Source: Centroscyllium fabricii (taxonomy: Eukaryota). From it: a DNA stretch of 64,000 nt. The notes beneath the pieces are model-generated. The model was not told the DNA's origin. It did no database searches and was given only the letters and a program-made list of their open reading frames with translations. The DNA is taken from positions 64,108,001-64,172,000 of the forward strand of contig JBNRSN020000024.1 of NCBI GenBank assembly GCA_051313645.2, given 5' to 3'. This document shows, piece after piece, positions 1-11,880 of the stretch. The position numbers were made by a program, and so were the translations under genes. Position 1 is the stretch's first letter. Each line of letters opens with the position of its first letter.

Positions 1-247
1 CTATCCAGTATAGTCATGACCATTTAGACTCTTGAGAACATTTTTCCAAGTACATTTATTTGGTAACTGGGTTTAACAATGTGAAATGACTATGTACATA
101 GTCTTTGAGTCACAATTGAGTAATCTTCGTGGCTATATCTTAGATATTGCTAGTGAAGTTTAAAATGTGCTTATTTTTGAAAGGTGCCCTCATTCTTTTT
201 AGGAGGGCTATACATTTTTTTATTTTGCCCAATAGGTAAGATAAATA

Positions 248-576
248 TAGGTTAAGCACCGGTAATCCGGCACCCGATGTTCCGGCAGCTTCAGTGGTCC
301 TGCACGATTGGAAACCGGCGCTCTTCATTTTGCGGAGCAGCCGCTCGGCGGCGCCACCGTTTCCCGGGAAGAGTGAGCGAGCACCGACGGCGTCGGTCAT
401 TTGGGTTTCTTTTTTTTGGGTTTTGTAAGTGTTTATCCCCGGGCTCCCTCCCGGGGAGTGTTCTACCCCCGCGCGCCGGGCCCCTGGGAGTGTTCTACCG
501 CGCGCTCCTCCCAAACCTTCAGTGGTTCAGAATTTTCAATGTTCCCGAGGGTGCCGGATTAACAGTGCTCAACCTG
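248..576 (+). mobile_element. pogo/Tigger-like MITE, family 1A (CAGGTTGAGCAC-type TIR)
   Basis: TA|TAGGTTAAGCACCGGTAATCCGG ... CCGGATTAACAGTGCTCAACCTG|TA; homologous to 1993-2341 and 44989-45431; internal CCCCGGGGAGTGTTCTAC repeats. Confidence 0.85.
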
Positions 577-578
577 TA

Positions 579-755
579 CAGTTCTGATGAAGGGTCATTG
601 ACCTGAAACATTAACTCAGTTTCTCTCTCTACGGGTCATCGACCTGAAACATTAACTCAGTTTCTCTCTCTACAGATGCTGGCTGACCTGCTAAATATTT
701 CCAGCATTTTCTGTGTTTATTTCAGATTTCCAGCATCCACAGTATTTTGTGTTTA
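579..755 (+). repeat. Penelope-type shark repeat with minimal hammerhead-like motif and a 41-bp tandem duplication (592-632/633-673)
   Basis: CTGATGA-A-GGGTC-ATT-GACCT-GAAA followed by GATGCTGGCTGACCTGCT...TTCCAGCATTTTCTG; same repeat at 29713, 59690 (minus) and 63821. Confidence 0.7.
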
Positions 756-1302
756 TGTTAGGGTTGTAAGATGTGCAGTTCCAATAGCTCTATTGCAGTT
801 TGTACTATATTTTGGTAAATGTACAATTGCCTGAGGAAATTTGAGTGGAGTTAGTGCTGTGTAGCATTGAAAAGAAGGGCAGTCCCTAATTGCAAATTGT
901 TGCAGATGTGTTCTTAGAATTCCGGCACTTTTCCTTCAAGGAGAATCTTGCTTATATTTTTTGGTGCATACTACAGCATAATTTGGCAGACTGTAATCTT
1001 TTTCAACAGTTGAGTGTAATATAGGGAGTGGCCTCAATTTACACACAAGCCTGACTGATAGATGAGATAAATTTGTCTATGGCTGTTGATGCTCCTTCTG
1101 CAGCATATGGCTAGTTTGATGTGAAATGTATGAAAGACCCATTTCATTTCATATCTCTGCATTTGATTTGAATTTGCAGCTTAATCTTTAATACAAATGA
1201 TGTGCGCTTAATTCTTATTTCAAGGTTTGGATTTAGGCTGTGTAACCAAGCAGGACTCCAGCAGTTTACTTCAGACCTGTGCATAATTAAAACTTCTGCC
1301 AT

Positions 1303-1708
1303 TACAGAGGGTTGTGAGGACGGCAGAAAAAATTATCAGGTGTACACTCCCAGCCATTGAAGAGATTTTCCAGACTAGATGTCGGAACAAGGCCCGTGCT
1401 ATTATTAAAGACCCCAACCACCCTGGGCACGATCTGTTCTCCCTCCTGCGATCTGGCCGTCGGTACCGCAGCATTCGAACCAGGACCAGCAGATTTAAAA
1501 ACAGTTTTTATCCACAGGCAGTGCGCCTACTGAACGGCTAACGGCAATTGTTATTATCTGTTTATTGATTATTAATTGTTTTTTATATTTACACTTGTTC
1601 TTACTTTTTACTTGTGCTTTTCTTCATCTATAAGTGTGGGAGTGAACGGGGAGTAAGCATTCCATTGTACTAGTTACATATGGCAAATAAAGGATCTTGT
1701 ATCTTGTA
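1303..1708 (+). mobile_element. Rex1/Babar-type LINE, 3' fragment
   Basis: LQRVVRTAEKII...[42 protein letters not shown], homologous to C-termini at 48191-48904 and 55533-56519; AATAAA plus ATCTTG tail. Confidence 0.85.
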
Positions 1709-1992
1709 CAGCAGGAAACATTTGCTGCACAGCGTCTGCCCCAAAACCTAAATAAAATCTGATTTCAGTGTGGGGAATTGAAGCCAACGATTGAATGGCC
1801 TACTCCTGCTCCTATTTCTTTAATCATGTGTTCTTAACATATTAATTCCTCAACTAATCGGCTATTTCATTAAAAAATATTTTAAATTAATGTAATGATG
1901 TGCGTATTATCCTAGCTGCAATCCAATTTTGGAACAGACTAATTTAATTTTGAAGTATGGAGCACAGAGGAACATGAGCTATAATGCAGGTA

Positions 1993-2341
1993 CAGGTTAA
2001 GAACCGTTAATCCGGCACCCTCGGGACCAGGCCGGTGCCGGACCACTGAAAATTCTGAACCTCTGAAGGTTCGGGGGGGGAGCGCGTGGTAGAACACTCC
2101 CCGGGGACTGGAGCGCGCGGGTAGAACACTCCCCGGGAGGGAGCCCGGGGATAGAACACTTACAAGCCCTAAAAAAGCAGCAACCCAAACGCCCGATGCC
2201 TTCGGCGCTCGCCCACCCTTCGCGGGAAATGGTGGCGCCGCCGCGAGGCTGCTCCGCAAACTGAAGACCGCCGGTTTCGATTCGTGCCGGACCACTGAAG
2301 GTGCCGGTCCATCAGGTTCTGGATTACCGGTGCTCAACCTG
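1993..2341 (-). mobile_element. pogo/Tigger-like MITE, family 1A
   Basis: TA|CAGGTTAAGAACCGTTAATCCGG ... GGATTACCGGTGCTCAACCTG|TA; reverse complement of 248-576. Confidence 0.88.
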
Positions 2342-3299
2342 TATTATAATCAGAACTTTGTACATAAATGTGTAGTGGTGGGTGTGGAGAAGAATAAATT
2401 AATTGTCCAACCTATAGCTGTTGTACAGCAACTTGCAACAAGCCCAGGACGTCACCATTTATTAATTTTGACGTGTAACTCTGCTCTTTTTCATACATCG
2501 CCAAGAATTATATTGCTAGTGTGTTTTTCTTCTTCCCTTGCCCATGTCCAGTCCACTCCACCCCACACACATAGTTCTGGTATATAGTCACACACAAAAG
2601 GCATGTTTAGCATTCCAGAGTGAGCCACTTTTGTATTGTACAAGCTTTGTAAACAGTGAGGGAGTTGCACCAAAAATGGTAACTTTTGTTTATTTGAAGT
2701 GCTGCCCTTTCTAGTGTTTATAACAAAAATTGTTTGTAAATATAGTTGAATGTCCTATATTAACCATCTCCCATCCATTCTAAATGATATGCCTCAGCCC
2801 AATTTTATTGTCTGTCAGAATCCATTGGTGCAGTACCGTATACCAGTTTGGCACTGTGTGATATTTTGAGTCAGATTAGATTGCCCTTTTTTTTCCCCCT
2901 GAGAAACCTTGTACATTCATTGGTCCAGCACTATTGAATTTTTCTTATTTTTCTCCTTGTGGAGTCAGAGGTAGCATTCTATGGTACAAAAGGCAATGAC
3001 CACTGTACCTTTTTAGTCTTTTATATCTTTTCCTAATTAAGGAATATGTTTCTTGAGAATTTCTGCATCTTGTCTCCTTACCATAGAAGACACCATGCAT
3101 CTCACAATTATTTTACATTGCACTTGATTGCAGGGTAACTTCAACCCCATTGCTTCTATACCCAGTGTAAAGAAAGCAGAACCAGTGGTACACTGAGATT
3201 GTCCTATATACGTAATGGAGAGAGACTAGGAGCTGTGGAGGAGTAAAGGGCTGCAGAGGTGTCCATGTGCACACAGCTACAAAATGCAAATCGAACGTG

Positions 3300-3450
3300 G
3301 GCCTTCACTTCAAGTGGGTTTGGAATTAAAACAATTAAGTAATGCTTCAGTTGTACAGAACCTTCATCAGACCCCATCTAGAGGACTGCATTCACTTTTG
3401 GGTACCACGCCTCAGGAAAGATATATTGGCCTTGGAAGGGGTGCAGGGCA
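3300..3450 (+). mobile_element. old CR1 ORF2 fragment
   Basis: Reads roughly MLQLYRTFIRPHLEDCIHFWVPRLRKDILALEGVQ, similar to the CR1 RT C-terminal region at 4025-4130. Confidence 0.55.
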
Positions 3451-3526
3451 ATTGAACAGACTTACTGATTTCAGTGATAATGTATGAAGCAGTTCATTGG
3501 GGCATTGTTGTAAAATTAATCATTAA

Positions 3527-6500
3527 AGAAACATAGAAACATAGAAGATAGGAGCAGGATTCGGCCCTTCGAGCCTGCTCCGCCATTCAAAGAGATCATG
3601 GCTGATCATCCAAATTCAGTACCCTGTCCCTGCCTTCTCCGCATATCCCTTGATCATTTCAGCCTGAAGAAATATATCCAACTCCTTCTTGAATATATTT
3701 AATGAACCGGCCTCCACTGCCCTCTGTGGCAGATAATTCCACAGGTTCACCACTCTCTGGGTGAAGAAATTTCCCCTCATCTCAGTCCTAAATGGCTTTC
3801 CCTTTATCCTTAGACTATGGCCCCTGGTTCTGGACTCCCCTTTCATCAGCAACATCCTTCCTGCATCCAGTCTGTCCAGGCCTGAAAGAGTCTTGTAGGT
3901 TTCGATGAGATCCCCTTTCAATCGTCTGAACTCCAGTGGGTATAAGCCCAATCGACTCAATCTCTCCCCATCCGTCACTCCTGCCATCCCCGGTATCAGC
4001 CTGGTGAATCTTCGCTGCACTCCTTCAATGGCAAGAATGCCCTTCCTCAGATGAGGCGACCAAAACTGCACACAATACTCGGTGTGGTCTCACCAAGGTC
4101 CTGTAGAGCTGCAGCAAGACATCCTTATTATATTCGAACTCTCTTGCTATGAAGGCCAACATACCATTTGCCTTCTTAACCGCCTGGTGCACCTGCATGC
4201 TTACCTTCAGTGACTGGTGCACAAGAACACCCAGGTCTCTTTGCACTTCCCCATCTCCCAATCTATTGTCATTCAAATAATAATCTGCCCTCCTGTTTTT
4301 GCCACCAAAGTGGATAACCTCACATTTATCCACATTGTAGTGCATTTGCCATGTATCTGCCCAATCCCCCAACCTGTCCAAATCACATTGGAGTTTCTCG
4401 ACACCCTCCTCACAGCATACCCTCCCACCCAGCTTTGTGTCGTCTGCAAATTTGGAGATATTACATCCAATTCCCTCGTCCAGATCATCAATATATATAT
4501 TGTGAACAGCTGGGGTCCTAGGACCGATCCTTGCGGTACCCCACCAGTCACTGCCTGCCACTCAGAAAATGACCCGTTTATTCCAACTCTCTGTTTTCTA
4601 TCTGCCAATCAGTTCTCTGTCCAAGTCAATACCTAGCCCCCAATCCCATGAGCCTTAATTTTGCATGCTAATCTCTTATGAGGGACCTTATCGAAAGCTT
4701 TCTGAAAGTCCAAATACACCACGTCTACTGGTTCTCCCCTATCTATTTTGCCAGTTACATCCTCAAAAAATTCCAGTAGATTAGTCAAGCACGATTTACC
4801 TTTTGTAAATCCATGTTGACTCTGTCTGATCCCGTCACTGTTTTTCATGTGCACTGCTATACATCTTTAATAATGGACTCTAGCATTTTCCCCACTACCG
4901 ATGTCGGGCTTACTGGTCTATAATTACCCGCTTTTTCTCGACCCCCCTTTTTGAATAGTGGGGTAACATTAGCTACCCTCCAATCCATGGGTACTGTTCC
5001 AGAGTCTATCGAGTTCTGGAAGATGATCAGCACTGCATCTGCTATCTCCAGGGCCACTTCCTTAAGTACCCTAGGATGTAGATTATCAAGCCCTGGGGAT
5101 TTGTCGGCCTTCAATCCCTTCAACTTCCCCAACACCATATCCCTACAAATACTGATTTCAATCAGTTCCCCCCTCTCATTAGTCCCTATGTTTCCCGACA
5201 TCTCTGGGAGGTTATTTGTGTCCTCCTTTGTGAAGACAGAACCAAAATATGTATTTAATTGGTCTGCCATTCCCCTGTTCCCCATTATATATTCCCCTGA
5301 TTCGGACTGCAAGGGACCGGCACTTGATTTCACCAATCTTTTCCTCTTAATATATCTATAAAAGCTTTTGCAGTCAGTTTTTATGTTTGCCGCAAGCTTA
5401 CTTCATAATCTATTTTCCCCCTCTTAATTAGTCCCTTTGTCCTCCTTTGCTGTATCCTAAACCGCTCCCAATCCTCAGGTCTGTTGCTTTTTTGGCCAAT
5501 TTATATGCCCTCTCTTTGGATTTTATGTTATCTCTAATTTACCTTGTTATCCACGGTTGAGTCCCCTTTTAATTTTTATGCCAAACTGGTATAAACAAGT
5601 TTTGTAATTCTTCCATTCAATCTTTGAATGTTTGCCATTGTCCATCCACCGCCAACCCCCTGAGCGACACCACCCAATCAATCCTACCCAACTTGCGTCT
5701 CATACCATCATAGTTCCCTTTACTTAAATTCAGGACCTTAGTCTCTGAGTCAATTTCTTCACTCTCCATCTTAAGTGAGAATTCGATCATATTATGATCG
5801 CACCGACCCAAGGGGCCTCGTACAACAAGATTGCTAATTAATTCTTTCTCATTGCATAATACCCAGTCTAAGATGGCCTGGTCCCGAGTTGGTTCCTCGA
5901 CATATTGGTCCAGATAACCATCCCATAAACATTCTAGGAATCCTCCTCCACCGTATATTTACTAATTTGGCTAGCCCAATCTATATGTAAAGTAAAGTCA
6001 CCCATGATGACAGCTGTGCCCTTACTGCATGCTTCTCTAATTTCCCTTTTAATGCCATCCCCAACCTCCACATTACTGTTTGGAGGTCTATATACCACTC
6101 CCACTAACGTTTTCTGCGCCTTGCTATTTCTCAGTTCTACCCATACAGATTATGCATCATCAGAGTTAATATCCTTCCTTTCAATTGTTAATCCCCTCTT
6201 TAACCAGCAATGCTACCCCACCGCCCTTTCTTTTTTGCCTATCCTTCCTAAATATTGAATACCCCTGGATGTTGAGTTCCCAGCCTTGGCCACCCTGGAG
6301 CCATGTTTCTGTAATCCCAATCAAATCATATTCGTTTACCTCTATTTCCGCAGCTAATTCATCTACCTTGTTCCGAATGCTCCTTGCATTAAGACACAAA
6401 GCCTTCAGGCTTGTTTTTTTCACGCTCTCAGACCTATATGAATTATTATTTCCTGTGACCATGTTTGATTTAACCCGTTGATTTCTCTGCCTTGTAATTT

Positions 6501-6780
6501 TGCTTTTCTCCTTTGTCTTTTGCTTTTATTCTTGTTTCCCTTTCTTCTGTCTCCCTGCTCAGGTTCCCAACCCCCTGCCACTTTAGTTTAAATCCTCCCC
6601 AACAGCACTAGCAAACACTCCCCCTAGGACATCGGTCCCGGCCCTGCCCAGGTGCAGACCGTCCTGTTTGCACTGGTCCCACCTCCCCCAGAACGGGTTC
6701 CAATGTCCAAGGAATTTGCAATGTCCAAGGAATTTGAATCCCTCCCCCTTGCACCATTCCTCTAGCCACGTATTCATTTG
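3527..6780 (-). mobile_element. CR1 LINE, 5'-truncated and frameshifted (ORF1 esterase C-terminus plus ORF2 APE-RT)
   Basis: Minus ORFs: DGLHL esterase end (6583-6828), NARSIRNK/GITETWL endonuclease (6181-6462), YLDFQKAFD, GVPQGSVLGP, KFADDTK; (TTTCTATG)n 3' tail at ~3527. Confidence 0.95.
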
Positions 6781-7283
6781 TAATAAGAAGCCTGTTTGGG
6801 CACTGTTTTTGCCAATAATCTTGAGCATGCAAGAGTTTCAAGCCTATATTGAACACATTAGTCCCAAACAGGCCAGATGGTTCCACTTCAAATATCAGAA
6901 AATAGAAATGTACAGATTAAATGCAATTAGGCATTAAATTAGTTATAGTTAATACACACTGATGGTTGGAGGACAAGGATAAAACTGGTTGTCCTTCCAA
7001 GTCGCTACTACAGGATATCTAGTCCCTTTTCTTTAAATCTATTCTAGGCCTACCTATTTTAGCAACTTAAAAAAAAAATTACCTCATTTTTAATGCTGTT
7101 TAAAATTTGACTTTCATGAGCGTCACTGCTCTATGTATTTAATTCACATGCACTGAGGTATATGAAAGCTTGCCATTTGCCAGTCTGTTGCAATTTATTT
7201 CAGAGAACACAAATTTCTTTTGAAAGGATATATTTATAAGAATTCTGTCAGTTTGCAGAATTGTAAAGAAGTGAAACCTGGTG

Positions 7284-7352
7284 TGACGTCAAAGCTTACA
7301 ACTGTGGTTTGTGGTCAGAGTTGCATTTCATAGTAGTTTTGTATTTAAAAAG
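7284..7352 (+). promoter_or_regulatory. candidate internal promoter: perfect CRE, Runx-like sites, TATA-like box
   Basis: TGACGTCA at 7284-7291, TGTGGTT/TGTGGTC at ~7303-7317, TATTTAAAAAG at 7342-7352, just upstream of the candidate exon at 7403. Confidence 0.35.
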
Positions 7353-7402
7353 ATGGCACAACATTGTGGAATTTGCCCCAGAGATCCGAAACTTTCCATG
7401 TA

Positions 7403-7458
7403 ATGTTATACGTTGAAGTTCAGTCTTTAATGAAACAGCTTCAAAAATGCGGGAGCTG
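7403..7458 (+). CDS. candidate alternative first coding exon of SSH2 (MLYVEVQSLMKQLQKCGSC-ISESFL...)
   Basis: ATG 7403 after in-frame TAA 7346; donor TG|GTACGT in phase 2, matching the phase-2 acceptor at 10420; no transcript evidence. Confidence 0.4.
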
Positions 7459-8367
7459 GTACGTCTCTGTGCTGTTGGCTGGAAAATGGCATATATAACT
7501 CATTTATCTTGAAATTTTGTAAGATAAATGCTGTCAGAATAGCTTCATCACACAGCAAGAGAATCAGTCTGGTCTGTTGTTACTGTAGCTGGGAGTTTCG
7601 GGAGGGGCTTTCATTTCTGGAGCAGTCTGAAACTGTTATCTCTGGAATTCTTTCCTAATCTTGCCAGGAGATGCTTGTGTTCCAAGAGCCACTCTGCTTC
7701 TCCAGTGCGAAGATTTAGAGTATTGTTTGGGGGTTTCAATTAACTTTTTTTCTCAAACTTTAATTTAAAAAAACAAAGTTGCAATAGATGCAGTTCAAAC
7801 ATTTAACATCATTTCATCATTCATGTCATTGTTGTGCTGATTTCTTGTATACAAATGCCTTACAGGACACTTGCTATGACAAAAGTGTTTTCTTCTGACC
7901 TCTTCTATAACAACCTGTGTGAATTTGAATATAGCCGAGTTTCTTTCTCGCTGTGATGTTCCAGCCTACACTAGTCCAGTTTTTGGAAGATGCAATATCT
8001 TCCGTGAAAGCTTGAAAAGTCTGCCTGAACACCGGCGAGAGCCAGTCCTTCTGTATTTAAAAGAACAATACCTCAAAGAATTGCTCTGGTTTATATAACA
8101 ACACGTAGAGTTACTGCACACCTCAGTCTGAGTAGGAGAGTCTGGAGCTGTATTTCAAATGGAGCAGGAGACACTTATTTCCACAGATTGTTATTTTCCT
8201 ACTTTGAGTATGAATGGAAAAAGTTGTGACTTTCAGACTGCAGCCAAAACAGATTAAGAAGATCTGCAGTATCTTTCAGAAGGTTGCACCATTGAGCGGG
8301 TTTATACCATCAGAGTTAAACCAAACATCTTTTATCTCCTGTCCACTTTTGTTGGGTTAAATACTAT

Positions 8368-9042
8368 GGCCCGTATTTTCCGATTGGAGGTTTCTTGCGT
8401 GCGGAGGCCTCCGATCTTTGCCCTTACCGGAGGGCTTCGGAGGTTCTGCTCCTGGGTCTCGGCTGTACGAAATGTGCAGGGCCCACGTATCCCAGGGGCG
8501 CAGGCGGTTCGCAAGTGTCCCTGCGATCACGTGGGCCATGGGGAGCCAATCAAAAGAAGGGAATCCCCCTTCATACTTTTGACAGCTTAGACCTGTCAAC
8601 AGTATGAATGGGGATCACTGAAAAAACACATCAAAACATTAAATACATTTTTTTTTAATTGCCTTTTTAACATTACCTTTTTTTTGTAAGAAGTATTTTG
8701 AAATTATTAAGAGTGTGGGGGGGCAGGATTTTTAAAACATTTTTTACACACTTATGCTGGTAAAAGCAGGCCTTATGCTTGCTTTTACCAGGCGTAAGAT
8801 TTTTAAGGGTTTTCAGCAGGCAGAGGTTCTGCAGAAAGCGGAACTCTTCTCTCTTTCTCTCCCCCCCCCCCCCCCCCCCCCCTGCAGCGGCCCTTCTCCA
8901 GGACAGGCGTCCGATCTGCCAAGAGCATTCTTGACTGATCAGAAATGCCGGTTTTCAGCGCATGGACTTGGCATGCCTAAAACCGGCACTTGCAAGGTCC
9001 CTACGCGTGCGTACACACCCGTAGAGATTGGAAATGTGGGCC
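8368..9042 (+). mobile_element. PIF/Harbinger-like non-autonomous TIR element
   Basis: GGCCCGTATTTTCCGAT ... ATTGGAAATGTGGGCC termini, flanks TAT/TGT; second copy at 17420-18136. Confidence 0.8.
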
Positions 9043-9708
9043 TGTGTTGCAGATCGTCTTTGAGGATGAGTCGGCCAAGCGTAATACGATTGTGCATTGT
9101 CATGTGTACCAAAGGTCATTGCTGCTCTACTTTCAACTGAATTAATATCAATTTGCAAGTAATGAAGCCAACAGCTTATGTCATTATTTATTTTAATCTA
9201 CTGTTAATTCATTGTGTGAATTGCATTTCCTCACTGGTCACCCCTCCTAACATCTCCTTTAGTTCGCCTTCCATTTTTTGATTGTGTCTCTGAAGTTATT
9301 TGTGACATTTTTCTATGTTAAAGACGCTGTATTGTTGAGGTTGCATTGTCCCATATATTGCTGACATGCCCAGAGAAATTGTGATCTCTCTCAATCATTG
9401 TTTCTACTTCAGTGAGCCTGAAACCTGCACTAATTGCAGTAATAAGGCTGTTTTATATTACAAAAAACTTTCTTACTGTGATGGTCATGGAAACAAATTT
9501 CAATTTTATTTAAAGTTGTTTATAATCTTTTTCACCATTTTCCTTTTTATTCCTGTTTTTATTCTAAGGAATACTCTTCTGTTGTAACTTCCGTGTTTCT
9601 TTTAGAATTTAATAGTGATATTATGCCACTTGAAGCTTGTACACATTGAATCTGAAGTCATGCTTGCATTTTTGTTGAGACCTTTGTTCCATATGATCAA
9701 AGCATCTT

Positions 9709-10040
9709 TACATACATAGAATTACATAGGATATACGGTATAGAAACAGGCCATTCGGCCCACCCAGTCCATGCCGGCGTTTATGCTCCACTCGAGCCTC
9801 CTCCCGTCTTTCCTCATCTAACTCTGTTAGCATGACCCTCGATTCCCTTCTCCCTCATACGCTTATCTAACCGTTCCTTAAATGCATCGATACTATTCAC
9901 ATCACCCACTCCTTGTGGTAGCGAGTTCCACATTCGCAACACTCTCTGGGTAAAGAAGTTTCTTCTGAATTTGTTCATTAGCCTATTATGGGGTACCTTA
10001 TCGAAGGCCTTTTGAAAATCTAGATAAGTTACATCTATTG
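9709..10040 (-). mobile_element. CR1-type 3' fragment
   Basis: ACATAGAATTACATAGG tail, GGCCATTCGGCCC stem, CACTCTCTGGGTAAAGAAG as in the CR1 3' end at 3527-3800. Confidence 0.7.
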
Positions 10041-10419
10041 CATCTTTCTGTAATAGTTTGAGAAAGCTATTACATCAAACCATTTGGGTTAACTTTGAGC
10101 ATATTCTTCGCACAATGTGTGTTTTAAGAGCCAAGGCAGTTCTTTAAAGCTTCTTCTCTTTCCTTTTTTTTTTACAATTCCTAATGCATTCTGACGAGGG
10201 GCCTTGATTTATATGGTTTCCCTGTTAATGGGGGAGCCATAGACAGTCCACTGAGTAATGCAGTTGGGGGGAGTTCCCCTTGTATGTGCCACACGTGCTT
10301 AAAACCAGCTCGTGCTACCGTCATCCATTGGAACTACTTGTACCCATAGTTCATTTTAATTTGCTCTGGTGTTAATGTTTTAGTTTCTTTCACTTCAATT
10401 ACTTTTTTCTTTTTCACAG

Positions 10420-10523
10420 CATAAGTGAGAGCTTCCTGACTGTAAAGGGCGCTGCCCTATTCCTGCCTCGAGGGAATGGCTCAACTGCACCCCGACTCCA
10501 TCACCGGCGCAATAAACATGCAG
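10420..10523 (+). CDS. SSH2: Slingshot-2 exon (ISESFLTVKGAALFLPRGNGSTAPRLHHRRNKHAG)
   Basis: Polypyrimidine tract + CAG acceptor, GTAAGT donor; peptide matches the SSH2 rather than the SSH1 N-terminal domain; phase 2 to 1. Confidence 0.95.
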
Positions 10524-11434
10524 GTAAGTGCCCTACAAATGGGAATCGGTTACCTTTTGGGGTGAAATTGTAGTGAAGCTGGATTTTTAAAAAAAACCAG
10601 GGCAATGAATTTAACCCAGTAAAGCTGGTGCAGAGATTTTCAGAAGTCACCCGATGGGTTCACTTTTCTTTTGCCCCGTCTCTTATATGTTCACACCAAC
10701 ACCAATTATCTTTCTCTTGGCACAAGGCACTGGCGCAAAGTTTTTTTTAATTGAAATAAACAATGTACATATTTTATATTGTATATTCAAAGCAACTTTC
10801 ATCAATGAATACATTTACACTGTTAGTACAGTGAATCGCTATTCTGCACATTGTTCTGTGCTTGCACAGAAGCTTTCCTAACTTCCTCCGCGTAGTTGTT
10901 GCTGAAGCTTCCATGTCCGTTAAGGATTTCATGAGGAGTGGAGCCTAATTAATTATTGGTAATACTAATGAGCATGGGTGTTTTATTTAACTTTCTCGTC
11001 ATGGGGAACGATCATTACTGAGAGTCTGGCTTGAGTGCTGGCACAGCTGTAACTCTCGAAGCTGAAAAAAGGAAGTGAGCTTGTACTTCTGCTCTAGGTA
11101 TGGGGGCAGGGTGGGAATTTTGACTTCAGTACAAATATTGCAAAATGACTGGTGCAAAATTATCAAGATTTACAAGATTTCTCATCTGGCTTGGTCACCT
11201 CCCTATTAGACAACATCCACATTGGTCAAGACTATTTCTTTCAAAGGATTTTGATGACTTCATAAGTTTTGGTCAATTTTATGTGCAGAACTGTGCCTTG
11301 TAGCAATACCGACTGCATCTCCAATTGCAGTAGAAACCTACCCGTTTGTATTGTAGTCTAGTTTCAACAGCAGCTTGTCCCACATTAAAACATGCAGGTT
11401 TTTTTGCAAAATTATTCTTTGCAACTTACATAGT

Positions 11435-11880
11435 ACATAAGAAGTAGGAGTCGGCCATTCGGCCCCTCAAGCCTGCTCCAACATTCAGTAAGGTCATGGC
11501 TGATCTTCTACCTCAAATCCACTTTCTCGCCCTATCCCCATATCGCTTGATTCCCCTAGTGCCCAAAAATCTTATCAACCTCAGTCTTGAATATACTCAA
11601 CGACTGAGTATCCACAGCCCTCTGGGGTAGAGAATTCCAAAGATTCACAACCCTCTGAGTGAAGAAATTTCTCCTCAAATCCGTATTAAATGGCCGACCC
11701 CTTATCCTGAGACTATGCCCCCTAGTTCTAGACTCTCCAGCCAGGAGAAAGAACCCCTCAACATGTACCCTGTCAAGCCTTCTTAAGAATTTTAAACGTT
11801 TCAATGAGATCACCTCATCTAAACTCCAGAGGATATAGGCCCATTCTACTCGATCACTCCTCATAGGACAGCCCATCCTC
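11435..11880 (-). mobile_element. CR1 3' fragment
   Basis: ORF 11556-11894 with GESRTRGHSLRIRGRPFNTDLRRNFFTQRVVNLWNSLP. Confidence 0.9.

Noticed and set aside
6700-6736. 18-bp tandem duplication in CR1 ORF1
   Set aside because: Ordinary slippage in a decayed element.
7850-8360. Coding-looking stretches downstream of the candidate alternative exon
   Set aside because: Short frames ending in stops, with no convincing phase-2 donor.
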